Part shown: in pieces, positions 45,230 through 54,882 of the stretch
Layout of the letters: each line of letters begins with the position of its first letter
How positions within the stretch are numbered: position 1 is the stretch's first letter
IMG/VR virus record: IMGVR_UViG_3300028172_000069
From: a virus
Lineage: Duplodnaviria; Caudoviricetes
Direction: 5' to 3' (one strand)
Length of the DNA: 64,000 nucleotides
Translations under genes and position numbers: made by a program
Notes under the pieces: model-generated
Databases searched by the model: none
What the model saw: only the letters and a program-made list of their open reading frames with translations
Told to the model about the DNA's origin: nothing

Positions 45230-46851
45230 TGGCCAAGAAAACGAAGAAAGCGGCGATTGCCGAAACACCTGAGAAAGTGAAGAAGACCAAGAAGCCGAAG
45301 AAGGGTGAGAGCGTCAGCCACGACAGCCTACCCATGACCGGCTACTCGCGCTTCCCAATGCTGGGTCATGAAGGCACCGAAATCAGCGACCAGACGCTCA
45401 AGCAGTTCACCGCCGAAGCGATGTTCACCTACGGCTCGTATGTCGTGGAAGAGCGTGCAGTCCCTGACTTCCGTGACGGGCTCAAGCCTGTGCATCGTTC
45501 GCTGCTCTGGTCGCTCGCTGGCTTGAACCTGCGTCCGTCCAACGGCTACAAGAAGTCGGCGCGTACCGTCGGTGACACCATTGGTAAGTATCACCCGCAC
45601 GGTGACGCCGCAGCATACGGCGCGATGGTGACTATCGCAAACACCATGCCACCTGCTGTCGATGGTCAAGGTAACTGGGGCTCGCCGATCAACCCAGCTG
45701 CGGCCCAGCGATACACCGAAGCGCGTATGTCGAAGTTTGCGCACCGCTTCCTGCTGGACTCGAAGTATCTGGAAGTCGTGCCGAAGGTGCCGAACTTCTC
45801 CGGTGACGACGTGATCCCGCTGTATCTGCCCGCGCTGCTCCCGTACGTGCTGTTCAACGGCAACGTGCCAGCGCCAGCGTATGGTGTTCGTGCTGGCAAC
45901 CCGAGCTTCTCCGTGAAGTCCGTGGCGAAGATCGTCATTGCCATGCTCAGAGGCAAAGAGTTCAACGCCAAGAAGCTGGCGCAAGTGCTGGAGATTCAGC
46001 ACGCCTACGGTTGCGAAGACGTGACCGAGGAAGCAGCCTACCTCGAAATGCTCGCCACCGGTAAGGGTAACATCACCTACGCGCCGCTGATGGACTCCGA
46101 GTTCAAGACTCGCACCATCCAGATTCGCTCGTTCGTGCCTGCCGGCCTGTCGTCGATCAAGACCATCGACAAGACGCTCGAAGCTCTCGCCAAGATCAAC
46201 GGCGTGAAGCGTGCGTTCAACAAGCAGGGCAAGAAGACCAAGAACGCCGGCCCGTATGGTGCCATGTTCATCGTCGAGTGCGGCAAGAACGTCGGCGAAG
46301 ACCGCTTCATGGACATCGTCGAGGAAATCGAGCGCAAGGTCACCAGTAGTGTGAACTACCGACTCGGCATCACGATCCGTCGTGAGAATGCCGCCAACAA
46401 GTTCAAGTACATGAACTACCCAGACTTCTTCGCCGCATGGGTCAAGTACCGCATCGGCCTTGAAGTCAAGATGATCCATCACCTGATCGCCAAGGCAGAG
46501 CGCGACCTGTACGTCAACAAGGTCTACCTGTTCGCTGTCGAGAATATGGAGCAGTTGCTCAAGCTGCTGCCGAAGGTGTTGAAGTCTGACGATCCCGAGA
46601 AGACGCTGGCGAAGTCGATGAAGATTCCGCTGGAAGACGCCCAGATCATTCTCGATCGGAAGGTTCGCCAGCTGGCTGCGATGGAAGCCGCGGCGCTGAA
46701 AGCGAAGATCAAGGACATTGAGGCCGAGTTGAAAGTGCTCAACAAAGACCTCAAGCAACCTGGCGAACGCGCAGCTGCCGATACGCTGGATCGGGTGAAG
46801 GCTTATCTCAAGAACCCAGACAAGAACAAGTCTGGCCTCATCTTCGAGTAA
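45229..46851 (+). CDS. gyrA: Type IIA topoisomerase A subunit (GyrA/ParC-like), no C-terminal pinwheel
   Basis: RAVPDFRDGLKPVHR, KKSARTVG, YHPHGD, AAQRYTEAR (catalytic Tyr). Confidence 0.95.
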   Translation: MAKKTKKAAIAETPEKVKKTKKPKKGESVSHDSLPMTGYSRFPMLGHEGTEISDQTLKQFTAEAMFTYGSYVVEERAVPDFRDGLKPVHRSLLWSLAGLNLRPSNGYKKSARTVGDTIGKYHPHGDAAAYGAMVTIANTMPPAVDGQGNWGSPINPAAAQRYTEARMSKFAHRFLLDSKYLEVVPKVPNFSGDDVIPLYLPALLPYVLFNGNVPAPAYGVRAGNPSFSVKSVAKIVIAMLRGKEFNAKKLAQVLEIQHAYGCEDVTEEAAYLEMLATGKGNITYAPLMDSEFKTRTIQIRSFVPAGLSSIKTIDKTLEALAKINGVKRAFNKQGKKTKNAGPYGAMFIVECGKNVGEDRFMDIVEEIERKVTSSVNYRLGITIRRENAANKFKYMNYPDFFAAWVKYRIGLEVKMIHHLIAKAERDLYVNKVYLFAVENMEQLLKLLPKVLKSDDPEKTLAKSMKIPLEDAQIILDRKVRQLAAMEAAALKAKIKDIEAELKVLNKDLKQPGERAAADTLDRVKAYLKNPDKNKSGLIFE

Positions 46852-46859
46852 CCACGAGG

Positions 46860-46881
46860 CCCGGTGTGAGAGCACCGGGTT
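46860..46881 (+). terminator. Probable terminator hairpin after gyrA
   Basis: CCCGGTG-TGAGAG-CACCGGG-TT; short U-tract. Confidence 0.5.
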
Positions 46882-46943
46882 GCCCAATGCCATTCTCTTT
46901 GAATCCTGATTGCTTCAACAAGTTCCGCGCTCGGATGGACCTA

Positions 46944-47462
46944 ATGAGTTTTGAACACCTGCCCCTATCCAGCACCGTGATCGGTGGCGCCAACTTCGTG
47001 ATCCTCGCGAAGTCGCGCAAGGCTGTACGCATCGCCGACCTGTTCGTGATGAAACCAGCTAGTCACGAACACCTGCTCCTGACACCTGAGGGTGAGCGCC
47101 TCGTAAGGATTCAGATCGGAGGGTTTGTCGAAGGCATCGAAGTGATGCGCTTCTCCGATCCAGATGGTAACCAGCACAGCTACCTGACTTCTGCACCCGG
47201 TATTCGATTGTCTGCGACCGACCACTTCCGGTATCCACCGGGCGTGCTTGCTGGCATGCGCCTGCTTCCCAACAAGGAACAGGAGCTCGTCCACATGCAC
47301 TTCAACAAGCGCACGCGAGCAAACATCGAGGCCTATGAGTATACCGTCACGCCAGGTCCTCTGTACATCGGCGCCGGTAAGACACCCACCTTCTTCCCCA
47401 TTGAGGTACTGAAAAATGACGGAAGTGTTTGTGTTCCCGAGCAACAACCCTCAGAACCTTGA
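46944..47462 (+). CDS. Hypothetical protein
   Basis: Start uncertain (46887, 46935 or 46944). Confidence 0.6.
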   Translation: MSFEHLPLSSTVIGGANFVILAKSRKAVRIADLFVMKPASHEHLLLTPEGERLVRIQIGGFVEGIEVMRFSDPDGNQHSYLTSAPGIRLSATDHFRYPPGVLAGMRLLPNKEQELVHMHFNKRTRANIEAYEYTVTPGPLYIGAGKTPTFFPIEVLKNDGSVCVPEQQPSEP

Positions 47463-47943
47463 GTACAACGGCTACATCTACGCATTCCTGCGTCCGTGGT
47501 ATTGCCCTGAGTTGTCCAACCACACGTTCAACGGTGACACCTGGTTCAAAGTCCCGGCGATTGTGCGCGAGACCAAAGACACCATCAGCTACACGGCGCT
47601 GAACAACAAGATCGAAATGAGCGCGCTGATGCTCGTTAGCGACAACGGCCGCCTGATGAAGACCTATCGGACTGCGACTGACCAGAAGGTCCCGCAGTTC
47701 CAGATGCAGGAAATCGAACGCACCTGCTTCGATATTTCCGGCTGGGAGAAGGTCAATCAGGAAGCGTTCCCGTACGCCTTGATGTTCGAAGGTGCGAAGA
47801 TGCAGACGCGGTACAAAGCCCTCAACGGCGCCGCATCCGAAGCGTTCTTCTCGGTGAGCAGCGACAACAAAACCTACCAGGAGATTCGCAAGACGGCGTC
47901 TCCTAAACCGTGCAACTGTGGCAAGAAATACGTGGTGCAATAA
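47416..47943 (+). CDS. Hypothetical protein
   Basis: 175 aa, C-terminal CNCG. Confidence 0.7.
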   Translation: MTEVFVFPSNNPQNLEYNGYIYAFLRPWYCPELSNHTFNGDTWFKVPAIVRETKDTISYTALNNKIEMSALMLVSDNGRLMKTYRTATDQKVPQFQMQEIERTCFDISGWEKVNQEAFPYALMFEGAKMQTRYKALNGAASEAFFSVSSDNKTYQEIRKTASPKPCNCGKKYVVQ

Positions 47944-47995
47944 GGCCTCTGTAAAGCACTGTCACAGTCGAGCATGACTGACTAACGGGAGAGGG

Positions 47996-48649
47996 ATGAT
48001 GCTCAAGACAATCAAACGGTGGCTCGGCCATCACGGCAACCGCCAGATCGGCACTTACATTGATCGCTGGTACATCGTGCCACCTCAGTGGAAGCTGCCT
48101 GTGTGCGTGCGCCTGCAACACATCAAGCGCGCAGACAATGAGCGCATCCCTCATAACCACCCGTACGCCTTCAAGTCGATCGTGGTGAAGGGCTGGTACG
48201 ACGAACAACAGGTCGTCGATCACTACCCAGGGGAGAGCGGCCACATCTTCCGCAACACGCATGTGCGACACGGTCGCTTCAAGCTGTTCACCATCGCGAA
48301 AGAGCGCTTTCACCGCATTGTCCGCGTGTCGAAGGGCGGCGTCTGGACTTTGATCTGGCACCCACGCAACGTCACGCAAGAAGGTTGGGGTTACCTGAAC
48401 ACCGACGGTTCGTACATCACGCACGACGACTACGTCCGTCCACCGGGATACGATCTGCCATACAAGAAAGGCGTCAATCGCGACGGGCCAACTGGCAACA
48501 TTGGCCCAGGCGGCCCAACCGGTGCTCTCGACTTCTCCGACACCCACGAACTGCTCGGCCAGATCAAAGACGCTGCCCAACGAGGTGCTGCTGCGCCTCA
48601 CGTGGCTATCGTCAATCCGAATGCTGTCCGAAAAGGTACGCGCATTTGA
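47996..48649 (+). CDS. Cupin-like protein
   Basis: HNHPY.FKSIVVKGWYDE...FHRI metal-binding cupin pattern. Confidence 0.6.
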   Translation: MMLKTIKRWLGHHGNRQIGTYIDRWYIVPPQWKLPVCVRLQHIKRADNERIPHNHPYAFKSIVVKGWYDEQQVVDHYPGESGHIFRNTHVRHGRFKLFTIAKERFHRIVRVSKGGVWTLIWHPRNVTQEGWGYLNTDGSYITHDDYVRPPGYDLPYKKGVNRDGPTGNIGPGGPTGALDFSDTHELLGQIKDAAQRGAAAPHVAIVNPNAVRKGTRI

Positions 48650-48709
48650 AAACATCTACCTACCAACTCGACTTCCGATTGCGATTATGCAACCAATCGG
48701 AGAGTCACT

Positions 48710-48880
48710 ATGTCCCGCACGAAGAAAGGCAGTAAAGGTCCCGGCTACGAATACTGGAGCCGTCGCCCGTACAACAAAGGCCCGAGTCAGAACAGCGGCA
48801 AGATCGCCAAGCGTATCTGCCACCAGATGGAGCGTGCCATCGCGAAGCGCGAGATTCTGCGCGAACTCCGCGACCAGTAA
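48710..48880 (+). CDS. 56-aa basic protein (not in ORF track)
   Basis: GGAG RBS; MSRTKKGSKGPGYEYWSRRPYNKG...; followed by a terminator. Confidence 0.75.
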   Translation: MSRTKKGSKGPGYEYWSRRPYNKGPSQNSGKIAKRICHQMERAIAKREILRELRDQ

Positions 48881-48885
48881 CAGTC

Positions 48886-48910
48886 AAAGCCCGGCCTCGT
48901 GTCGGGCTTT
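48886..48910 (+). terminator. Rho-independent terminator
   Basis: AAAGCCCGGC-CTCGT-GTCGGGCTTT. Confidence 0.75.
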
Positions 48911-48950
48911 GTCGTCTCTGTGCTCCACACGCGATACCTTGACTATCAGC

Positions 48951-48996
48951 GTAACCGTTAAAGCCCTTGCACTACTGATTTCAGTTATGCTATAAT
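48951..48996 (+). promoter_or_regulatory. Sigma70-like early promoter with upstream GTAACCGTTAA box
   Basis: TTGCAC(48967)-18 nt-TGcTATAAT(48991). Confidence 0.75.
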
Positions 48997-49059
48997 GGTG
49001 ATGCAGAGACGCACCGAGCGTACTGCTTATTGGTTATGACAATAGATGAGGTTACGAAC

Positions 49060-49761
49060 ATGAGTGAAAAGTTTGCACAGGCCATCGCGAGCATCGCCAC
49101 GCCTGAAGACCTGCTTTCCGCCTTGGGTTACCGCGCAGAAGTTGATGGCACCGCACCTGCCGATGGTGACGACGCCGAAGAGTATCCGCGACCCAACACC
49201 GAATACTACCGCAATTCCAACGTGACGATCAAAGCGCACGAACGCGCCTTGTTCAACTGGACCAAGAAGATTGTCTGGAGCGACTGGGTCATCAAGGCCG
49301 ACGGTGAGTGGTCTCACCTGTTTGTCACAGGCGCTGGCGCCAAGCGCCGCATACTCTGCGAAGCCGAGGCTATTGTTCGCGCAGAGCCATTCCCAGCACC
49401 TGTTGACCTTGACGAACTTGACGACGGCATCATGGCCGAAATCGAGTACGGGTGTGAGACGATGCTCGGTGGTCCCGATGCTTGGGTGATGATTGAGTTT
49501 GAGTACGACAAGGGGATCAAGCACATCGCATCCGGCACTTTCAACGAAGCGTTCACGGCCTTCGTCGACCCGAACTTTGACAGCGCCAACACCTCGATCG
49601 CGGAGTTTGTCGCCAAGCTGACACCTGAAGACAGGGCGTTCCGTCTTGGGGTCACGGCTACCAAGTACAAGCGGGATGTGGCACAGCAGATGAAGGTACA
49701 TGCCAAGAAGCTCGCCAAACTCGAAACTCGCCACAAGCGCGTGACTGGCTACTTCAACTAA
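49060..49761 (+). CDS. Hypothetical protein, paralog 1 of tandem family
   Basis: GAGG RBS; shared GTFNEAF motif. Confidence 0.75.
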   Translation: MSEKFAQAIASIATPEDLLSALGYRAEVDGTAPADGDDAEEYPRPNTEYYRNSNVTIKAHERALFNWTKKIVWSDWVIKADGEWSHLFVTGAGAKRRILCEAEAIVRAEPFPAPVDLDELDDGIMAEIEYGCETMLGGPDAWVMIEFEYDKGIKHIASGTFNEAFTAFVDPNFDSANTSIAEFVAKLTPEDRAFRLGVTATKYKRDVAQQMKVHAKKLAKLETRHKRVTGYFN

Positions 49762-49809
49762 CCGCAACACGGTGGGTGTTCACGCACCCACCAACCTGGG
49801 GATTCAAAC

Positions 49810-50703
49810 ATGACCAAGAAAGCTGACAACCTCATCGCCGAACTTTCCACGCCAGAAGCCTTCGTCAAGTTCATGGGTTACAGTCAAGACGTGCATGGTG
49901 AGTGGGGTCGCATCTATCCGTCGCAGCGCGCCAAGATGCCAGAGCAAACTGCGTTCGGCCTCAAAGACTCCATCTACATGTGGAACAAGGTGGTCAACGT
50001 CAAGCGCAAGCCTGTGCTGATGTTCACCTACAGCCTGTCGGGCAAGGCTGTCTCACCACGCTCGCGCACCCTGCGCACCCTGGTGCCGCTGAACACACCC
50101 ATTCGTGATGCGGTGTTTGTGACCGACCTGAACACCTCGGTTGTGCGCCCATCGGAGCACCGTTGTGACTTCGTGATGCAAGGCCCTGCCAACCACTGGA
50201 TGGTGTTTGAGGAAAATCGAGGCGTCGTACTTGGCCTGTTCATCGGTGACTGGACACAGGCGCTCAAAGCCTACCTTGAAGACTCGTCCGAAGCACTGAG
50301 TCAAAGCTACTTGGAGTACCTCGCCAATCTCGGCGTGGGAAAGCTCCGCGAGACGGCTCGCTTCCTGCAGAGCGCCAGAGCAGACGAGTTGTCCTTGATT
50401 CAAACCCAGGCCGACGAAAAAGCTGAGGCGGCAGTCAGCCAGTATGTTGCGGCCATGGTCAAGATCATTCATGCCGACGAGTTGATCGCCAGTCGTAGCG
50501 GCGTCGAAGTGCGCTACCAGTTGCGTGACATTGGTGCCGTAGCTGGTGCTGGCTGGACGTTGAATGTTCATGCGCTGATGAACCGTGTGCTGCACAGCCT
50601 AGGTTCGCGTGCTCGTCCGAAGATCATCTGGCGCAAGCTGGGTGACGTCACCGAACCGTACCTGTACAGCAACACCACACTCAATGAATGGGAGTTTGTA
50701 TGA
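49810..50703 (+). CDS. Hypothetical protein, paralog 2
   Basis: Shared FIGDWTQALKAY motif. Confidence 0.75.
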   Translation: MTKKADNLIAELSTPEAFVKFMGYSQDVHGEWGRIYPSQRAKMPEQTAFGLKDSIYMWNKVVNVKRKPVLMFTYSLSGKAVSPRSRTLRTLVPLNTPIRDAVFVTDLNTSVVRPSEHRCDFVMQGPANHWMVFEENRGVVLGLFIGDWTQALKAYLEDSSEALSQSYLEYLANLGVGKLRETARFLQSARADELSLIQTQADEKAEAAVSQYVAAMVKIIHADELIASRSGVEVRYQLRDIGAVAGAGWTLNVHALMNRVLHSLGSRARPKIIWRKLGDVTEPYLYSNTTLNEWEFV

Positions 50704-51590
50704 GCAAGCCAGTTTTCACCCACCAGAACGAACTGCGTGACTTCTTCGGCTTCACCCGTGATACTCGTGGTAACTGGAAGTCGACCCCGCGTACCGAAAC
50801 TGCCGAGAACGAAATGGGTCTAGATGGTGCCGAACTGGTAATCATGTGGGCCCCAACGCTGTACAAGGCCGATGCCCAGAAGAACATGATGTTCCAGTAC
50901 GCGCACGTCCAAAGCACTCGCGCACGTCGCGCCCGCTATCGTGTTCTGGCACCTGCGAGCACGCCGTTCGACAACTTACCGTTCGCGCTCGATTCGTCCC
51001 ACATGGAAATGCTCTCTGCCAATCCGCCGTTTCATCTTGGGCTGAGCGACACCACGTGGTTGACGATGGACGTGATCGACGGTGAGGTCAACGGTCTGGC
51101 TGTCGGCGATTTCGAGCAGGCGTCCAGACTGTTCTTTGATGCCAGCACTTCGACCCTGTACAGCCACATGATTTCGTACCTGCAGGCACAAAGCGACGAC
51201 GAACTCGGCAAGGGTAAACAGTTCCTGCAGCGCCACCACAAGCGCGAGTTTGACGAACTCTGGAAGGAGTTTGCCAAGACCCGCATGGCTCTGGCTGAAC
51301 GGTACGAAGCGCCGATGCGCAACATCCTGATGGCACAGACTGCAAACATTCTGCGTGACCTGCCGGACGCCGACATTCAGTACACGCTGACCAAGGCATT
51401 CAGCAAGCGCCTCTTGAGCCAAGGTACCGACTTCTGGGCGCTCGCAGAGAAACACCGCCAAAAAGATGGCTCGACGTCAGCATGGATCAAGCGATCTGTA
51501 AATGGTAGTCAACCTGAACTGATTGCCAAGTTCGACTCTCAAACACAATTCTGGCATCTGGTAGATCAAGAACATGACCAAGACGAATAA
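50700..51590 (+). CDS. Hypothetical protein, paralog 3
   Basis: ATGA overlap; AVGDFEQASRLF motif. Confidence 0.75.
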   Translation: MSKPVFTHQNELRDFFGFTRDTRGNWKSTPRTETAENEMGLDGAELVIMWAPTLYKADAQKNMMFQYAHVQSTRARRARYRVLAPASTPFDNLPFALDSSHMEMLSANPPFHLGLSDTTWLTMDVIDGEVNGLAVGDFEQASRLFFDASTSTLYSHMISYLQAQSDDELGKGKQFLQRHHKREFDELWKEFAKTRMALAERYEAPMRNILMAQTANILRDLPDADIQYTLTKAFSKRLLSQGTDFWALAEKHRQKDGSTSAWIKRSVNGSQPELIAKFDSQTQFWHLVDQEHDQDE

Positions 51591-52338
51591 GGGTGGTAGC
51601 GATATCGGTATGATGCTGGGTGCCAAGACACCTAAGCAACTCGCCAACATCATCTGCGAGGTGTTTAGCGTCCTCAACCGTGACGTTGAAGTATCAGACT
51701 CCACGCAGCCGCTGTACTTCACGCGGTACCTCGGGCAGGAGTGGCAGTTCGCTCGCGCCGATGCGCTCAAGTTGATTGTCCCGATCGCCAAGCCAAAGTC
51801 GGTGTACGCCGTCGCGATCATCGACCCTGAACACGGTCAGTTCCAGAACGCACTGTTCATCGGCACCTTCCGCGAAGCGCTTGAAGCCTTCGTCAGCCTC
51901 GACACCAAGATGCTGACTAGCTGGTACTCGGACTATCTGCTCCGCATGACGCCAGACCAGTTGCATGACCTGCGGCAGAACCTGTACAACGCCATGCGTG
52001 AGGAGCTCAAGCAGGAAGACCTTCACCATGAACAACAGGTGCAGTCGATCAACGGGCGCTACCGCAACCAGCTCAACTTCTTCACCTCGATGCACGACCA
52101 AGCACTGGCGAAGCAAGACCTGGAGAACGACGTGTCCTACACGTTTGAAATCGACGGGTACCCAGTGAGCAAGCCGTATGCAACCTACAAGGAAGCACGA
52201 CGCACGCACTCCAAGCGCAACGTGCCGCACCTTGGCTGCATCATTCGCCGTCACGTACCTGCAACCAAGAAGACCAAGGCGTCGGGTAACATCTTCGCCG
52301 CGTGGTCACTCACTCACCGTACCTGGGAACTTGTTTGA
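51574..52338 (+). CDS. Hypothetical protein, paralog 4
   Basis: FIGTFREALEAF motif. Confidence 0.75.
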   Translation: MTKTNKGGSDIGMMLGAKTPKQLANIICEVFSVLNRDVEVSDSTQPLYFTRYLGQEWQFARADALKLIVPIAKPKSVYAVAIIDPEHGQFQNALFIGTFREALEAFVSLDTKMLTSWYSDYLLRMTPDQLHDLRQNLYNAMREELKQEDLHHEQQVQSINGRYRNQLNFFTSMHDQALAKQDLENDVSYTFEIDGYPVSKPYATYKEARRTHSKRNVPHLGCIIRRHVPATKKTKASGNIFAAWSLTHRTWELV

Positions 52339-52610
52339 TGCACCACGTTGGCGAATTTCACAACAACCGTTGGATCACCAACGCCGAGCTGGTCACCGAG
52401 CACCAAGCTTGCATCAACCAAGTGTCACGGTTCTATATTGCGATGCAGTTCCTGATCTTCTTCATCGCATGTAACCTGAACGGTCCGTACAATCCGCTGT
52501 ACGTGACCATTGGCCACGGTATCGCCATTGTGGTCACGCTTGCTGCAAACCGTTACGCGATCAAACTCACCTACCAACAAGCAATACACAACCTCACTAA
52601 GGAAGACTGA
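52338..52610 (+). CDS. Small membrane protein
   Basis: TGATG overlap; two hydrophobic segments. Confidence 0.6.
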   Translation: MHHVGEFHNNRWITNAELVTEHQACINQVSRFYIAMQFLIFFIACNLNGPYNPLYVTIGHGIAIVVTLAANRYAIKLTYQQAIHNLTKED

Positions 52611-53077
52611 TGAACAAGGTTCTGCTCGCTGCACTGATGCTGGCTTCTGCAGGCGCTCACGCAAACATGGGCGTTCGCCCTGTGCCAAGCGTGATCCCGC
52701 ATGAGTTCACTGACCGCGGTACGCCAGAAGCCATCGTCTGCCACAAATCTGATGACGCCTACAGCCTCGTCAAGTTTGCGGGTGACAATGACACGGAAGG
52801 TTTCAAGAAGCATGTGGGCGCGACGTTCAAGTCGAAAGCCTGCTCGTTCCTGAATACCGATGCACAGGTCATCATCAAGGAACACGCCGTCGTCATGACG
52901 GGCAACGGTCCCCTGTGGATCGTGCGCTTCACCTGGAAGAACGTCACCGGCAAGTTTGAAGAACGTTGGGCCTCGGCCAACTACTTTCCTGTCGCGTATC
53001 CGAAGACCCAGTCTTGGGACCTCGAACTGTTCGGTGAGGAGCCTGATGAAATCAAGACTCCGGACAACCCTCAGTGA
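52610..53077 (+). CDS. Exported protein (signal peptide)
   Basis: MNKVLLAALMLASAGAHA signal; two Cys. Confidence 0.75.
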   Translation: MNKVLLAALMLASAGAHANMGVRPVPSVIPHEFTDRGTPEAIVCHKSDDAYSLVKFAGDNDTEGFKKHVGATFKSKACSFLNTDAQVIIKEHAVVMTGNGPLWIVRFTWKNVTGKFEERWASANYFPVAYPKTQSWDLELFGEEPDEIKTPDNPQ

Positions 53078-53364
53078 GATACGTCTGGGTAGTGCTGCTG
53101 TGCCTGTTGGTCTATCAAGCACCGCAGCCAACCCTAATGGCGAAGCCCGGCTTCGGCTGCCGCACTCAAGATGATTGGGTGCGGTACAATGACGCCATCG
53201 GCAAGTCAGACTCCAAGACCATTCGCAACATCCGGCTCGCGCAGCGTTGTGTTGATGTGCCGAGCGGTCCCGTTGAGGTGATCGCACGGTCGCCAGGGTT
53301 TCTCCTGATCAAGGCACACGCTGGGCGCAAACTCTACATACCAAAGGTCTACGTCCTTGAGTAA
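53074..53364 (+). CDS. Exported/membrane-anchored small protein
   Basis: Hydrophobic N-terminus; two Cys. Confidence 0.65.
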   Translation: MRYVWVVLLCLLVYQAPQPTLMAKPGFGCRTQDDWVRYNDAIGKSDSKTIRNIRLAQRCVDVPSGPVEVIARSPGFLLIKAHAGRKLYIPKVYVLE

Positions 53365-54238
53365 GCTCCTGATCTTCGACGGCAGCAACGTGTTCATGCG
53401 TGGCTTCTTCGCCGTCCCGGAAATGACAACCTCGAAAGGGTTCCACACGAACGCTATTAAGGGCACCATCAACATCGTCACCAGTGTTATCAAGGCTCGC
53501 AAGCCAACGCATGTGGCGTTTGTGTTTGACCGTCCGCATCCGACGCATCGCCACAAGATTTACCCAGAGTACAAAGGCACGCGAGAGAAGGACCCAGAGC
53601 AACAAGCTCGGCTCCGACCGCAGCGCAAGCCTGTGTACGATCTGCTGCGCGCCATGGGTATCAAGGTGGTGCACAAGAAAGGCACCGAGGCCGACGACAT
53701 TATCGGCACGCTCGCCCGCCTTGCGCACGACTACGACGAGGACATGGAGGTCGAAGTTGTCAGCAACGACAAAGACTTCGCCCAGCTCCTTCGCAAGCGC
53801 CTCCGGATTTTGAAGTACGACTACCAGGTCAAAGACTACCACGAGATTACCCATCGCAACTGCGCGAAGCATTACCTCGTGGAGCCAAGCCGCGTGCCGT
53901 GCATGTTGATGATGCAAGGCGACAAGGTTGATAACATCCCAGGTGTTGACGGCATCGGCCCAGTCGCGCTCGCCAAGCTTGTCGCATCCGCGGATCGCAT
54001 TGAAGACGCCGATATCCGCGTGCTCAATAAGACGCAGGCCGCAAACTTCGAGGCCGCACGCAAGCAATTCAGACTGACGCGCCGACTGGTGACCATCCAC
54101 CAGAAGATCATCGACTACGACATTGCGAAGTTGGCAATCGGCGAGCCGGACTTGAACGCGGTGCACATCATCTGTAAAGCATTAGAAGCACGACAGATTG
54201 AGAACACCATAGGCCAGTACGCTCGATTCCTGAACTAA
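53357..54238 (+). CDS. 5'-3' exonuclease / flap endonuclease (PolI N-terminal, T4 RNase H/T5 D15-like)
   Basis: IFDGSN, EADDIIGTL, SNDKDFAQL, GDKVDNIPGVDGIG. Confidence 0.93.
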   Translation: MSKLLIFDGSNVFMRGFFAVPEMTTSKGFHTNAIKGTINIVTSVIKARKPTHVAFVFDRPHPTHRHKIYPEYKGTREKDPEQQARLRPQRKPVYDLLRAMGIKVVHKKGTEADDIIGTLARLAHDYDEDMEVEVVSNDKDFAQLLRKRLRILKYDYQVKDYHEITHRNCAKHYLVEPSRVPCMLMMQGDKVDNIPGVDGIGPVALAKLVASADRIEDADIRVLNKTQAANFEAARKQFRLTRRLVTIHQKIIDYDIAKLAIGEPDLNAVHIICKALEARQIENTIGQYARFLN

Positions 54239-54242
54239 GAGC

Positions 54243-54287
54243 GTAACCGTTAACGGCCTAGTAACCGCTTTCTGAGTGTGCTATAAT
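54243..54287 (+). promoter_or_regulatory. Extended -10 early promoter with upstream GTAACCGTTAA box
   Basis: TGcTATAAT at 54282; same layout as 48951. Confidence 0.7.
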
Positions 54288-54349
54288 GGACGCACGAAGC
54301 AAGACGATGCTTCGAGCATATTGGTTACGGACTTAGTTGAGGTTAGTGG

Positions 54350-54562
54350 ATGTCAAAAGTTAACACGACAATGGACAGTCAATCGGGCGTGGTGCGTTGC
54401 TCATTCGGCGCACTCACTGCCACGTATATGTTTGCGCATCTGGTGACACTCGCGGAAATGAAGGCACAGCCAACGGCGTATGAAACCCGTGACCTGTTGA
54501 TTGTCCGCGCTCGGGAGAAGTTCATCGCCCAGCTACGCTCCGCCGCTGAAACCATCGCCTAA
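54350..54562 (+). CDS. Hypothetical protein
   Basis: 70 aa, GAGG RBS. Confidence 0.6.
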   Translation: MSKVNTTMDSQSGVVRCSFGALTATYMFAHLVTLAEMKAQPTAYETRDLLIVRAREKFIAQLRSAAETIA

Positions 54563-54584
54563 TCACACTCAAGAGAATACGAAC

Positions 54585-54797
54585 ATGACCACTCATTCCG
54601 CTTTCAACCTGAACAACATCCACCTGTCGCTCAACCACAAGACCGACACGCTGACCGCCAAGTACGGCGACACCGTGCGTGAGTACAAGCTGGCGGAGTT
54701 TGCAGACGACTACGACGCGCCGCTGGCCGACGTATCGCTGGTAAGCCTCGCGTTCTCTGCACGGGTGAAGTTTGCAACCGCGGCACTGGTCGCCTGA
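54585..54797 (+). CDS. Hypothetical protein
   Basis: Start MTTHSAF. Confidence 0.6.
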   Translation: MTTHSAFNLNNIHLSLNHKTDTLTAKYGDTVREYKLAEFADDYDAPLADVSLVSLAFSARVKFATAALVA

Positions 54798-54882
54798 TTG
54801 TTCAAACTCAAGGGCTTCGCGCAGGAGCCCTTCGGTGTGTGCAATCCGTACACGTATCCAAATCAAACAGGAACTACCGAAC

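Noticed and set aside
45027-54178. CTGTAAA copies at 45027 and 54172
   Set aside because: Inside coding sequence and ~170-200 nt from the next start; treated as chance.
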